Made by a program: the position numbers and the translations under genes. Below are positions 16,719 to 26,150 of a stretch of DNA of 64,000 nt, one piece after another. The stretch is from Thermoleophilia bacterium (GTDB lineage Bacteria; Actinomycetota; Thermoleophilia; Gaiellales; F1-60-MAGs149). Under the pieces are notes generated by a model that saw nothing but the letters and a program-made list of their open reading frames with translations, was not told the origin of the DNA and searched no databases. The DNA is taken from assembly GCA_037133755.1 (NCBI GenBank), contig JBAXNN010000010.1:10296-74295 (forward strand), written 5' to 3'. How positions within the stretch are numbered: the first letter of the stretch is position 1; the number at the start of each line of letters is the position of its first letter.

Positions 16719-17882
16719 ATGGTCACCGACGCTGCGGGCGTCGCTGAGGTGACCGCGGCGGCCCGCGCAGCAGGACGTTGCGCGCTCGACACCGAGTTCA
16801 TGTGGGAGAAGTCCTACGCCCCGCAGCTCTGCCTCGTACAGGTCGCGGTCGGCGACACGATCTGGCTCGTCGACCCGCTGGCCGGCGCTCCGCTGGAGCC
16901 GCTTGGCGAGCTGATCGCGGATGCATCGGTGCAGAAGTTGATGCACGCGCCGTCGGCCGATCTGATCGCCTTCGGACTCCACTTCGGCTCGGTGCCCGCC
17001 AACGTGTTCGATACGCAGATCGCCGCCGGCTTCGTGGGCCTGACGGCCAGCGCCAGCCTCGACCGTCTGCTCGATGCGGTGCTCAACGTGCGCCTCAATC
17101 ACAACGAGACGTTCTCCGACTGGACGCGCCGTCCGCTCAAGGAGGCCCAGCTCCACTACGCCGCCGATGATGTGCTCTATCTCGACCAGCTGGTCGAAGA
17201 ACTCGAACGCCGGCTCGTGGAACGCGGTCGCCGCGACTGGGCCCATGCCGAGATCGAGCGCCGCTTCTGCACCCCTGAGGCCGCCGGCGGCGATCCCGAG
17301 CGCGCGTACCGCAAGGTCCAGCGTCGCGGCAAGCTATCGCCGCAGGCACAGGCCGTCCTCGTCGACGTCGCCGCCTGGCGCGAGCAGCTGGCCCGCCGGC
17401 GGGATCAGCCGTCGGGTTGGGTCATGAAGGACCCGACGCTCGTCGAGATCGCCCGCGCCGCACCGCGCACGGTCGCCGACCTCCAGCAGATCCGCGGTCT
17501 CGGCAAGAGCCTCGGCGAGCGCGAGAGTACGGAACTCCTTGCCGCCGTGGCGCACGGCCTCGACCGTGAGCCGCCGCCGGCCGAGCGCAGCGTGCCGCAG
17601 CGCATTGCCCGCCAGGTCGATGCTGTCGCCACACTCGCCGTGCCGATGGCGCGCATCCGCTGTCAGGACGCCGACCTCGCCCCCGAGCTCGTCGCCAACC
17701 GCGCCGACCTCGACCGCTTTCTCGAGGCCGTCGTCGGCGGCGAGGACCTCTCCACGCTTCCGCTCGGCCAGAGCTGGCGCAAGGATCTCCTCGGCGACAT
17801 CCTCGTGCGCCTCGTGGCAGGTGAGATCAGCCTGTCGCTGAACCAGTCGGCGCCGTTCCTGAACGTCGAAGAGCGCTGCTAG
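16719..17882 (+). CDS. rnd: Ribonuclease D
   Basis: DEDD exonuclease motifs are present (ALDTEF, HAPSADL, YAADDVLYL), followed by HRDC-like C-terminal regions. I prefer the ATG at 16719; the ORF track starts at a GTG at 16701. Confidence 0.85.
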   Translation: MVTDAAGVAEVTAAARAAGRCALDTEFMWEKSYAPQLCLVQVAVGDTIWLVDPLAGAPLEPLGELIADASVQKLMHAPSADLIAFGLHFGSVPANVFDTQIAAGFVGLTASASLDRLLDAVLNVRLNHNETFSDWTRRPLKEAQLHYAADDVLYLDQLVEELERRLVERGRRDWAHAEIERRFCTPEAAGGDPERAYRKVQRRGKLSPQAQAVLVDVAAWREQLARRRDQPSGWVMKDPTLVEIARAAPRTVADLQQIRGLGKSLGERESTELLAAVAHGLDREPPPAERSVPQRIARQVDAVATLAVPMARIRCQDADLAPELVANRADLDRFLEAVVGGEDLSTLPLGQSWRKDLLGDILVRLVAGEISLSLNQSAPFLNVEERC

Positions 17883-17884
17883 CG

Positions 17885-18301
17885 ATGCGGCGCGTCGGCA
17901 TCGCCGTCGGTGTCGCGCTCTTCACGCTGCTGGTCATTGCGATCCCGACGGATCTGATCCCCAATTCGCTGTTTGGCCGGCAGGTCGAGGCAACCGCCTG
18001 GGCCTGGCCCGTGGCCATCATCACCGCCGTGCTCGCCGGCGTCCTGATCGCCCTCCCCCGCCCGAGCAGCTGCCGTCCGGCGACGCGCACCGGCATCATC
18101 GGCGGCGGCCTGACGTACCTCGCAGTCGGCTGCCCAACATGCAATCACCTCGTCGTGCTGGCACTCGGCGCCACGGGCGCACTCACGTGGTTCGCCCCCA
18201 TCCAGCCGTACCTCGCCCTGATCGCCCTCGCCGTCCTGCTCGGTGCGATCGTGCACCGCGTCTGGCTGCTGCGACGCAGCGGCGACCTTCGGCTCGCCTA
18301 G
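17885..18301 (+). CDS. Small polytopic membrane protein with an intramembrane CxxC (CPTC)
   Basis: 138 aa with four hydrophobic segments. There is one loop Cys (SSCRP) and GCPTCN in the third segment. I recognise no family. Confidence 0.5.
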   Translation: MRRVGIAVGVALFTLLVIAIPTDLIPNSLFGRQVEATAWAWPVAIITAVLAGVLIALPRPSSCRPATRTGIIGGGLTYLAVGCPTCNHLVVLALGATGALTWFAPIQPYLALIALAVLLGAIVHRVWLLRRSGDLRLA

Positions 18302-19444
18302 CTAGCCCTGCTCGCCGTTCGTTGCGGCCTTCAGCGTCGCCTCGGGATTGTCGTTGACGACGCGGTAGTAGGTGTCGCGCTGAATTGGCTTGTAGCCCGC
18401 ATTGCGGATCACGCGGCAGAAGTCCTCGCTCGTGGCGCGGTACGTCGTGCCGGCACTCGAGACGACGTTCTCCTCGAGCATGATCGAGCCGAGGTCGTCG
18501 GCGCCGAAGTGCAGTGCGACCTGCCCGATCTTCATGCCCTGGGTGACCCACGACGACTGGATGTGCGGGACGTTATCGAGGTAGAGGCGCGAGATGGCCT
18601 GGACGAGCAGGTACTCGAACGACGTCGGCGTCTCCTTGACGGATTCGCCGAGCACGGTGTTATCCGGCTGGAACGTCCAGGAGATGAAGGCGCGGAACCC
18701 CGGCACCTCGTCCTGCAGGGCGCGGATCTTGCGCATGTGCTCGACACGCTCCTCCAGCGTCTCGACGTGCCCGTACATCATCGTGGCCGACGTCGTCATG
18801 CCCTGGCGGTGCGCCTGGCGCATCACCTCGAGCCACTCCTCGCTCTTCGTCTTCTTCGGGGCGAGGATCTGGCGCACGCGATCGACGAGGATCTCGCCGC
18901 CGCCGCCCGGGATCGAGTCGAGGCCAGCGTCGCGCAGACGCGAGATGGTGTCGGCAATCGAGAGGTGCGCGCGCCGCGAGATGAACGTCACCTCAGGCGG
19001 CGAGAGCGCGTGCAGGTGGAACTTCGGGTATCGCTCCTTGATCGAGCGGAAGATGTCCTCGTACCACTCGATGCCGAGATCCGGGTTGTGGCCACCCTGC
19101 ATCAGCGCGCCCGTGCCCCCGACCGCGATGGTCTCCTCGATCTTGGCGAAGATGATCCGCTTCGGCAGGACGTAGCCCTCGCGCTCGTCACCGGGCTTGC
19201 GGTAGAAGGCGCAGAAGTTGCAGTCCGTGACGCAGACGTTGGAGTAGTTGATGTTGCGATCGACGATGTACGTGACCTCGCCGGGGTTCGCCTTGCGGTT
19301 GCGGATCTCGTTGGCGGCAGCACCGATCGCGACAAGGTCGCGCGACTGCATCAGCGTGAGCGCATCGGCATCGGACAGACGCTCGCCGTCCAGCACGGAC
19401 TTGAGGATCTCGCTGACGGTCTTGGTGGATTCGACGACGGCCAT
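18302..19444 (-). CDS. mqnC: Radical-SAM cyclic dehypoxanthine futalosine synthase (MqnC-like)
   Basis: The radical-SAM cluster motif is CVTDCNFC. Other matches are GGGGEILVDRVR, TATMMYGHVET and GFRAFISWTFQP. The assignment versus the MqnE paralogue rests on remembered family signatures. Confidence 0.7.
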   Translation of the reverse strand: MAVVESTKTVSEILKSVLDGERLSDADALTLMQSRDLVAIGAAANEIRNRKANPGEVTYIVDRNINYSNVCVTDCNFCAFYRKPGDEREGYVLPKRIIFAKIEETIAVGGTGALMQGGHNPDLGIEWYEDIFRSIKERYPKFHLHALSPPEVTFISRRAHLSIADTISRLRDAGLDSIPGGGGEILVDRVRQILAPKKTKSEEWLEVMRQAHRQGMTTSATMMYGHVETLEERVEHMRKIRALQDEVPGFRAFISWTFQPDNTVLGESVKETPTSFEYLLVQAISRLYLDNVPHIQSSWVTQGMKIGQVALHFGADDLGSIMLEENVVSSAGTTYRATSEDFCRVIRNAGYKPIQRDTYYRVVNDNPEATLKAATNGEQG

Positions 19445-20247
19445 TACGCCTCCGCTCCGTGGTGGCGGGCCCCAGCGAAGACGAGCTCGGGGGCGGTTTC
19501 GATGATGCCGGCCTGTGCAGCCAGTTCGAAGTATCGCTGCAAACCCTCGCGCTTGCGATCGGTGAAGCGGTACTGCAGGTGCTCAAAGTAGCGGGCGAGA
19601 AAGCCGGCGGGGAAGCCATAGCGCTCGGCGGCGGCCTCGGCGACCAGCGCGGCGTGCTCAGAGGCGTCGGCGACAGCGGAGGCAAGCGCATGGTCGAGCT
19701 CGAGCAGGCGTTCGCTGTCGACCGTGCGGCGCGCCGCCCAGACGGCGAAGACCATCGGCAGGCCGGTGCGCTCGAACCACAGTTCGCCGAGGTCATGATG
19801 CGGCGTCGGATCGTTGATCGAGGAGCGCAGCGCTTCATCCCCGATCAGCAGCGTGGCGTCGGCCGGCGTACCCTCGGGCAGGATCTCGGCATCGGGAAAC
19901 AACACCCGGACCAGCGCCACGGACGCGGCGCTCTGACTCGTCACCGCGATCGTGCGGATGGCCGGCAACGGCACGTCCGTGACGAGGTTGACGGAGTCGA
20001 CCTCGCCCTCGGAGGCAATGCACATCGACGGCAGCAGCACCCAGTCGTCGGCGTTGCGCGCGTAGGCAATGCTCGAGACGTTGGCGACATCGAGCTCGCC
20101 GGCGGCCAGCAGCGCGTTGAGCTGCGTCGGTACCGCGAGCGTCTCCTCGATCGTGCCCGGTTCGAGCCGGTGCGTGAGCGACCAGGCGAGCGGGAACGTG
20201 TTGATGAAGTCAACGCGCCCGACGCGGAGAGGGCTCAGCTGTCCCAA
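19444..20247 (-). CDS. mqnA: Chorismate dehydratase (futalosine pathway)
   Basis: LRVGRVDFINTFPL... is a periplasmic-binding-protein-like MqnA signature. The gene is sandwiched between the two Mqn radical-SAM genes. Confidence 0.85.
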   Translation of the reverse strand: MGQLSPLRVGRVDFINTFPLAWSLTHRLEPGTIEETLAVPTQLNALLAAGELDVANVSSIAYARNADDWVLLPSMCIASEGEVDSVNLVTDVPLPAIRTIAVTSQSAASVALVRVLFPDAEILPEGTPADATLLIGDEALRSSINDPTPHHDLGELWFERTGLPMVFAVWAARRTVDSERLLELDHALASAVADASEHAALVAEAAAERYGFPAGFLARYFEHLQYRFTDRKREGLQRYFELAAQAGIIETAPELVFAGARHHGAEA

Positions 20248-21347
20248 CGCCGCAGCTCGTTGTAGAAGGTGTCGCGCTGGACCGGAATCTTGCCGGCCTC
20301 CTGAATGACGCGCACGAGGTCGGCGATCTTCTCCTCGGTCGGCGTGACGGCGCCGGCGGCGTGGGCGATCTTCTCCTCGACGACCGTCCCCTGGATGTCG
20401 TTCGCGCCAAAAGACAGGCCGACCTGGGCCAGCGGCGTGGAGATCATGATCCAGTACGCCTTGACGTGCTCGATGTTGTCGAGCATCAGGCGCGAGACGG
20501 CGAGCATCTTGAGGTCGTCCTGGCCGGTCGAGAACTTCCAGCCGCGGCGCTCGAAGACGGTGTTCTGCGGATGGAACGGCAGCGGGATGAACGCCATGAA
20601 ACCGCCGGTCTCGTCCTGCAGGTCGCGCAGGGAGAGCAGGTGCTCGATGCGCTCCTCGTACGTCTCGACGTGGTTGTAGAGCATCGTGCAGTGCGTCTTC
20701 AGGCCCAGACCATGCGCAATGCGGTGCGTCTCAAGCCACTGCGCACCCGGCTCCTTGCCCGGCGCGATGATCTTGCGCACGCGCGGCGAGAAGATCTCGG
20801 CGCCACCACCCGGCAGCGTGTCGAGGCCCGCGTCGATCAGCTCGCGCAGCACCTGCTCGTGCGTCATGTCGCAGGAGCGCGTCATGTGGTGGATCTCCGA
20901 CGCGGTGAAGAGCTTGAGGTCGACGCCCGGCAGGCCCTCCTTGAGGGCGCGCGTGATGTCGGTGTAATACGAGAAGTCGAGGTGCGGGTTCTCGCCGCCG
21001 ACCATGTGAATCTCGGTGAACTCCTGATGCTCGCGCACGTTCTGCGCGTGGGCCACCAGATCGCCGATGTCCCACATCACGGCGTCGGCCTGCTTCGACG
21101 TGCGGGCGAAGGCGCAGAACTTGCACTTCACGCGGCAGATCGTCGTGTAGTTCAGGTACAGGTTGTTGACGAAGAACACCTCATCGGTGCCGCCACGATT
21201 GCGGCGCGCGAGGTCGGCCAGCTCGCCAAGCTCGAGGATGTCGTGCGACTCGAGCAGCGTGATACCGTCGTCGAGGTCCAGGCGCTCGCCCGCCACGACC
21301 TTCTCGCGGATCTCCTGCAGTGCGGTGTTGCGTGCGATGGTGGCCAT
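20235..21347 (-). CDS. mqnE: Radical-SAM aminodeoxyfutalosine synthase (MqnE-like)
   Basis: The radical-SAM cluster motif is CRVKCKFC. Other matches are LFTASEIHH, IDAGLDTLPGGGAEIF and LRDLQDETGGFMAFIPL. The paralogue assignment is of moderate certainty. Confidence 0.7.
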   Translation of the reverse strand: MATIARNTALQEIREKVVAGERLDLDDGITLLESHDILELGELADLARRNRGGTDEVFFVNNLYLNYTTICRVKCKFCAFARTSKQADAVMWDIGDLVAHAQNVREHQEFTEIHMVGGENPHLDFSYYTDITRALKEGLPGVDLKLFTASEIHHMTRSCDMTHEQVLRELIDAGLDTLPGGGAEIFSPRVRKIIAPGKEPGAQWLETHRIAHGLGLKTHCTMLYNHVETYEERIEHLLSLRDLQDETGGFMAFIPLPFHPQNTVFERRGWKFSTGQDDLKMLAVSRLMLDNIEHVKAYWIMISTPLAQVGLSFGANDIQGTVVEEKIAHAAGAVTPTEEKIADLVRVIQEAGKIPVQRDTFYNELRRWDS

Positions 21348-21358
21348 GGTGCTCCTCC

Positions 21359-22330
21359 TCAGGTATCGCGATCGACGACGCCGCGGACGACCATCCGCAG
21401 CGGTGCCGTGTCGAGATCTCCCTGAATCCGGTCGAGTGTCTCCTCCGCCTCGCGGACGAGTTCGCGCGCGGTCTCCCGCGCCTCATCGAGTGCGCCCGTC
21501 GCAGCGACGCGCTGCAAGAGCGGCAAGACCTCATCGGCCGGCGGCTGGGTGCGCAGGGCGGCTGCGATCGCATCATCGTGGCGCGCCGCGTAGAGCAACG
21601 GCAGCGTGGCCGTGCCGCCGATCAGGTCGGTACCGAGCGCCTTGCCGGTCGCGTCGGAGCTGCCACCGCAGTCGAGGATGTCGTCGGCCACCTGGAAGGC
21701 GATGCCCAGCAGGCGGCCGTACTCGGCGAGCGCCTCGGCATCAGCCGACGGCAGACCGCCCAGACGACCACCGAGGCCGCAGGCCGCGGCGAACAGACGC
21801 CCGGTCTTGAGCGTGCAGCGCTCGAAGTACTGCTCGGGTGTCGTTGCCGGATTGCGCGTCTGCAGCATCTGCAGCGCCTCGCCCTCAGAAAGGCCGAGTG
21901 CCGCCTGCGCCAGCAGCTCGAGACATTCGAGGTCGCCGGCCTCCGCAAGCACAGCAAAGGCCCGCGCGAAGAGGAAATCGCCCGTCGCACCGGCGACGAA
22001 GTCGCCGTGCTGCGCCCAGACGGTCGGACGACCACGCCGCAGCGACGCGTGGTCCAGGACGTCGTCGTGCACCAGCGTCGCCATATGGACGAGCTCGACC
22101 GCGCTGCCGGCACGAACGAGGTTGTCGGTCTGCTGGCCTGCGGCAGGCGCCGACAGGAGCACGAGCAGCGGGCGCAGGCGCTTGCCGCCCGCCGTCAGCG
22201 TCTCTCCGGCCGTGGCTGCCGTGGACCCACCAACCCAGGCGACGTCGTCGCTTAGGCGATCCTCGACGCGCACGAGGTATTCCCGGATGCCGGGCAGTGC
22301 CAGGAGGTCGGTGAGCGTGGCGGTGCTCAT
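21359..22330 (-). CDS. Long-chain trans-polyprenyl diphosphate synthase (HepT/IspB-like)
   Basis: Both aspartate-rich motifs are present (LVHDDVLD and QVADDILD), and the body is all-helical. Confidence 0.85.
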   Translation of the reverse strand: MSTATLTDLLALPGIREYLVRVEDRLSDDVAWVGGSTAATAGETLTAGGKRLRPLLVLLSAPAAGQQTDNLVRAGSAVELVHMATLVHDDVLDHASLRRGRPTVWAQHGDFVAGATGDFLFARAFAVLAEAGDLECLELLAQAALGLSEGEALQMLQTRNPATTPEQYFERCTLKTGRLFAAACGLGGRLGGLPSADAEALAEYGRLLGIAFQVADDILDCGGSSDATGKALGTDLIGGTATLPLLYAARHDDAIAAALRTQPPADEVLPLLQRVAATGALDEARETARELVREAEETLDRIQGDLDTAPLRMVVRGVVDRDT

Positions 22331-23106
22331 CAGCGCGCGCCCTCAACCGTGCCGACGTGCAGCGCGACGATACCGCCGCCGAGCGTGCGGAACTTCACGT
22401 TGCGCAGACCGGCCTCGTACATCACGTGCGCGAGCGGCGTCGGCCCCGGGAAGCGCTTGACCGAGGCGGGCAGGTACGTGTACGCGCTGTCACCCTTGCG
22501 ATCGGCGATCTTGCCGAAGGCCGGCACCAGCCGATCGAACCACAGCCGGTGGAACGGCACGAGCGGACCGGATTCGGGCGTCGTGATCTCGAGGCAGACG
22601 ACCTTGCCCCCCGGACGGACGACACGGCCCAGCTCGCTGAGTCCCTGGTGCAGGTCGGCGACGTTGCGGATGCCGAAGGCAACGGTCGCGGCGGCGAAGC
22701 GGTCGTCTTCGAACGGAAGGTCGAGCGCATCGCCGTGCAGGAGCGTCACCTGCTCCATGCCCTTCTTGGCGACCTTGCGGCGGCCGATGTCGAGCATGCC
22801 GTCAGAGAAATCGACGCCGACGACCTCACCGCTGGGACCGACGCGACGCCCGAGCTCGAGCGAGAGGTCCGCCGTACCGCAGCAGCAGTCGAGCACGCTG
22901 GCGCCCTGGCCGACCTCGGTGGCGTCGGCTGCGAGCTTGCGCCAACGTACGTCGAGTCCCGCGGTCATCACACGATTCATCGCGTCGTACGGCCGCGCGA
23001 TGCGGTCGAACATCGCCTGCACGCGCTCGGGTGGCAGCGTGCCGGCCTCGGCCCCGTACGTGACGGGGTGGTTGTTCGTGGTCGCAGGAAGGTTGTCGGT
23101 GCTCAT
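22330..23106 (-). CDS. menG: Demethylmenaquinone methyltransferase (UbiE/MenG)
   Basis: YDAMNRVMTAGLDVRWR is the UbiE signature, and the SAM motif is VLDCCCGTADL. Confidence 0.85.
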   Translation of the reverse strand: MSTDNLPATTNNHPVTYGAEAGTLPPERVQAMFDRIARPYDAMNRVMTAGLDVRWRKLAADATEVGQGASVLDCCCGTADLSLELGRRVGPSGEVVGVDFSDGMLDIGRRKVAKKGMEQVTLLHGDALDLPFEDDRFAAATVAFGIRNVADLHQGLSELGRVVRPGGKVVCLEITTPESGPLVPFHRLWFDRLVPAFGKIADRKGDSAYTYLPASVKRFPGPTPLAHVMYEAGLRNVKFRTLGGGIVALHVGTVEGAR

Positions 23107-23726
23107 GCGTTCCCCCAGCGTTGCAGCAAAGTGTTGTCGATGCCGCAGAGATCCAGCACGCGACCGGCCACGAAGTCGACCATGTCCTCGACCGACTCGG
23201 GATGGGTGTAGAACGCGGGCATCGCCGGCGTGACCATCGCACCGGCCTCGGCCAGCGTCGTCAGCGCGCGCAGCTGCAGGACGGACAGCGGCATCTCGCG
23301 CGGCACGAGGACGAGCTTACGGTGCTCCTTGAGTGCCACGCTGGCCGCGCGGTGGATCAGATTGGCCTGGCTGGACGAGGCGATCGTGCCGCACGTCGCC
23401 ATCGAGCACGGGCAGATCACGTAGGCGTCGACCTTGGCCGAGCCCGAGGCGTACGGGGCAAACCAGTCTCGCTCGCCGTAGAGCGTCGCGCCCTCTCCGC
23501 CGAACTCGGCGACGAAGCGCTCGACGGCTTCGAGCGGCGGAATCGTCTTGTCGCGATACACCTCCCAGGCAATCACCTCGCCCGCCGAGGCCGAGGCGCA
23601 CACGCCTACCTGTGCGCCCGCAGCATGGAAGCCCTGCAGGAGGCGGGCGGCGTAGGGAGCGCCAGAGGCGCCGGTGATTCCGAGGAAAACGTGCATGGCG
23701 TGAGCCTGTGCAGGATACGGGAGCAC
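23103..23726 (-). CDS. ubiX: Flavin prenyltransferase UbiX
   Basis: FLGITGASGAPYA and PCSMATCGTIA are UbiX motifs. I prefer the GTG at 23726, which lies 11 nt after AAGGAGGG. An ATG at 23696 is possible; the ORF track starts at a TTG at 23771. Confidence 0.8.
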   Translation of the reverse strand: MLPYPAQAHAMHVFLGITGASGAPYAARLLQGFHAAGAQVGVCASASAGEVIAWEVYRDKTIPPLEAVERFVAEFGGEGATLYGERDWFAPYASGSAKVDAYVICPCSMATCGTIASSSQANLIHRAASVALKEHRKLVLVPREMPLSVLQLRALTTLAEAGAMVTPAMPAFYTHPESVEDMVDFVAGRVLDLCGIDNTLLQRWGNA

Positions 23727-23777
23727 AGGGGTGCTTCCCTCCTTTCGCCGCTGCGCCGCCACCGGCCGCAACCGCCC

Positions 23778-23815
23778 AAAAAAGAGGAAGGGCCGGGTGT
23801 TGCCACCCGGCCCTT
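23778..23815 (-). terminator. Intrinsic terminator after qcrC
   Basis: The minus strand reads AAGGGCCGGGTG-GCAA-CACCCGGCCCTT (12-bp stem, GNRA loop) followed by CCTCTTTTTT. It lies 27 nt after the qcrC stop codon and upstream of ubiX. Confidence 0.8.
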
Positions 23816-23842
23816 GCCGTCAATTCCGTTGTGGCGCGGGAG

Positions 23843-24709
23843 CTAGCCCGCCGCGGCGGTGCCGGCGAATTCGCCACCGGCCTTCTCGCACGACGCCGGG
23901 TAGGTATCCTTGGCCGTGGCGGCCTCCGGACCCTCCTTGCCGGCGGGTGCGCCCGAATGGGTCGCGACGTAGCCGGCGAAGCACTCGATCTGGTCCTTGG
24001 TGTACTGGGCCTTGAACGAGGGCATGCCACCCTGACCGTTCGTGATCAGGCCGAGCGCCTTCTCGTAGTCGACCGCATTGGCCGTGAGGCTCGGACCGAC
24101 GTTGCCGGCGGTTCCCGCGTCGGCGAACGTGTGACACGTCGAACACGGGCCGTTCGCGAACGCGGCTGCGCCCGGAGCGGTCGAGGCCGCACCGCCCGAA
24201 CCCGGCGCCTTCGAGCCGTAGAATGTCAGCGTCAGCAGCACGACCGGCACCATCACGCCGACTGCGAGCGCAACGGGGCGACGCGAGAGACGACGGTCAG
24301 GGTTGCGGTCGATGAACGGCCAGCCGATCAGCAGGACCATCCAGATGGTCGGGATGATGACCGAGCCGACGATCAGCAGCTGCGGCGTCTTGAAGATGCG
24401 CAGCAGCTCGAACAGGAAGAAGAAGTACCACTCCGGACGCGGGTCGTAATGGAGCACACCCGGGTCGGCCTTCGCTTCGTAGGCGGGGCCGAGGATGCCA
24501 CCGATGCGGCCTGCGTCAAGCTCGCTCGGAATGGCGCCGAACTGGGCATGCCAGAGGATCGCCATGCCCATGATCAGGCCGACGACGATCAGGCTGACCA
24601 TCGTGTCGTGGAAGACGGCGTGCGGGAAGAACGACTTGCCGTGCTTCTTCTGGAATGCGTACTCGCGCTCGTAGGACTCGCGGCGCTCGCGTGCGGTGAG
24701 ACGAGGCAT
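23843..24709 (-). CDS. qcrC: Menaquinol-cytochrome c reductase subunit IV fused to a monoheme cytochrome c (Bacillus QcrC-type)
   Basis: The N-terminal half resembles the C-terminal part of cytochrome b / PetD (PEWYFFFLFELL). The C-terminal domain carries the heme-c motif CSTCH. Confidence 0.8.
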   Translation of the reverse strand: MPRLTARERRESYEREYAFQKKHGKSFFPHAVFHDTMVSLIVVGLIMGMAILWHAQFGAIPSELDAGRIGGILGPAYEAKADPGVLHYDPRPEWYFFFLFELLRIFKTPQLLIVGSVIIPTIWMVLLIGWPFIDRNPDRRLSRRPVALAVGVMVPVVLLTLTFYGSKAPGSGGAASTAPGAAAFANGPCSTCHTFADAGTAGNVGPSLTANAVDYEKALGLITNGQGGMPSFKAQYTKDQIECFAGYVATHSGAPAGKEGPEAATAKDTYPASCEKAGGEFAGTAAAG

Positions 24710-25422
24710 TAGACGTCACCCTCCGTGACCTGCATGCGCGACCAGGGCGGCGACGTGACGCCGAGCCGGACCACGAGCAGCATGTGCAGACCGATCAGAC
24801 CGCCGAGGATGCTCGGGATCACCAGCATGTGCAGCGCGTAGAAGCGCGACAGCGTGTGCGTGGAGATCTCGGGGCCGACCATCAGGATCCACGACAGGGC
24901 CGGTCCGAGGATCGGCGCCGTGCCGTTGATGTTCACGCCGACGATCGTGGCCCAGTAGGCGCGCTCGTCGAAGACCAGCAGGTAGCCGGTGAACGACATG
25001 CCCATCACCAGGATGAAGATGATCGCGCCAGTGATCCACGTCATCTCGCGCGGGTACTTGTACGCACCGAACAGGAACGTGCGGCCCATGTGCAGGAAGA
25101 GCAGCACGACCATGACCGACGAGCCCCACTTGTGCATACCGCGGACGAGCCAGCCGAGCGTGGCGTCGTCGGTGATGAACTTGATCGTCGTCCAGGCGGT
25201 ATCAGGATCGGGCTGGTAGTACATCGCGAGCAGAATGCCGGTGGTCACCTGCAGGATGAAGACGGTGATCAGCGCGGAGCCGAGCGTCTGCAGCCACGAG
25301 ATGTCTTTCGGCACGTTGCGGAAGAGCATGAACTTGCCGAGCGAGACGAGACCGGAGCGCTCCTCAACCCAGTCGACGGGCATCTTCGCGATTTCAGCTG
25401 GGGGCGGAAGCAGGGTAGACAT
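24709..25422 (-). CDS. qcrB: Cytochrome b6-type subunit of the menaquinol-cytochrome c reductase
   Basis: A short (237-aa) cytochrome b N-terminal domain (WLQTLGSALITVFILQVTTGILLAMYY, RGMHKWGSS, LHM). Starts at ATG 25422. Confidence 0.85.
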   Translation of the reverse strand: MSTLLPPPAEIAKMPVDWVEERSGLVSLGKFMLFRNVPKDISWLQTLGSALITVFILQVTTGILLAMYYQPDPDTAWTTIKFITDDATLGWLVRGMHKWGSSVMVVLLFLHMGRTFLFGAYKYPREMTWITGAIIFILVMGMSFTGYLLVFDERAYWATIVGVNINGTAPILGPALSWILMVGPEISTHTLSRFYALHMLVIPSILGGLIGLHMLLVVRLGVTSPPWSRMQVTEGDV

Positions 25423-25436
25423 AGGGTTGTTCTGCC

Positions 25437-26066
25437 TTAGTTGCTGGGTACAGGGTAGAGCCAACCGAGGAGGCCACCAACGGGCTCACCGGGAAGCTTG
25501 AACTGATCCGTCATGACGACCTTGCCATCGATCTCCTCGGTCGCGAAGACGCGCCCGACGAACAGGCTGCCGCTATCGACCTTGTACTCGAAGCGGTTGA
25601 GCGGACGGATCGGCGGTCCGGCCGTGCGGATGCCCTCGGTGTCGTACTGGCCACCGTGGCACGGGCAGGCGAAGCCGGTCGTCTTGAACTGCACGGGGCA
25701 GCCGAGGTGCATGCACACGTTCGAAATGATCGTGAACTCCTCGGCACCATCGCGGCGAACGTAGGCGACGCGCCGATCGAGCTCGCCGTTCTTCCCGCGC
25801 TCGAAGATGACGGGCTCGAAGGTGCCCTCCTTGTACGCCGCGTTATCGACCGGGCCCAGACTCGTCCAGTACCAGTCTTCCTTGGCGAACGACGGTCCGA
25901 GCACGAAGCCCAGAACGGGAACCGCGACCGCGATGCCGATCAGGCCACCGAGGCCGACCGTCGCTCCGGTCAGGAACTTGCTGCGGCTGATCACCGCACG
26001 GGGGTCGTTGACGTCGCTAAACGACGACACGCCAGCGCGATCGTTTCCGTTCTCAGCCACGGGCAT
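25437..26066 (-). CDS. qcrA: Rieske 2Fe-2S subunit
   Basis: Rieske boxes CMHLGC and CPCHGG are present, with an N-terminal Tat-like SRSKFL followed by a TM helix. Confidence 0.85.
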   Translation of the reverse strand: MPVAENGNDRAGVSSFSDVNDPRAVISRSKFLTGATVGLGGLIGIAVAVPVLGFVLGPSFAKEDWYWTSLGPVDNAAYKEGTFEPVIFERGKNGELDRRVAYVRRDGAEEFTIISNVCMHLGCPVQFKTTGFACPCHGGQYDTEGIRTAGPPIRPLNRFEYKVDSGSLFVGRVFATEEIDGKVVMTDQFKLPGEPVGGLLGWLYPVPSN

Positions 26067-26150
26067 TGCCTCCAGTCACGTAGGTATCTTGGAGGTGGTC
26101 CCCCCGGGATGTCAAAGTCGCCACGATCCGCACAAGCGTTCCGTTCGCGA

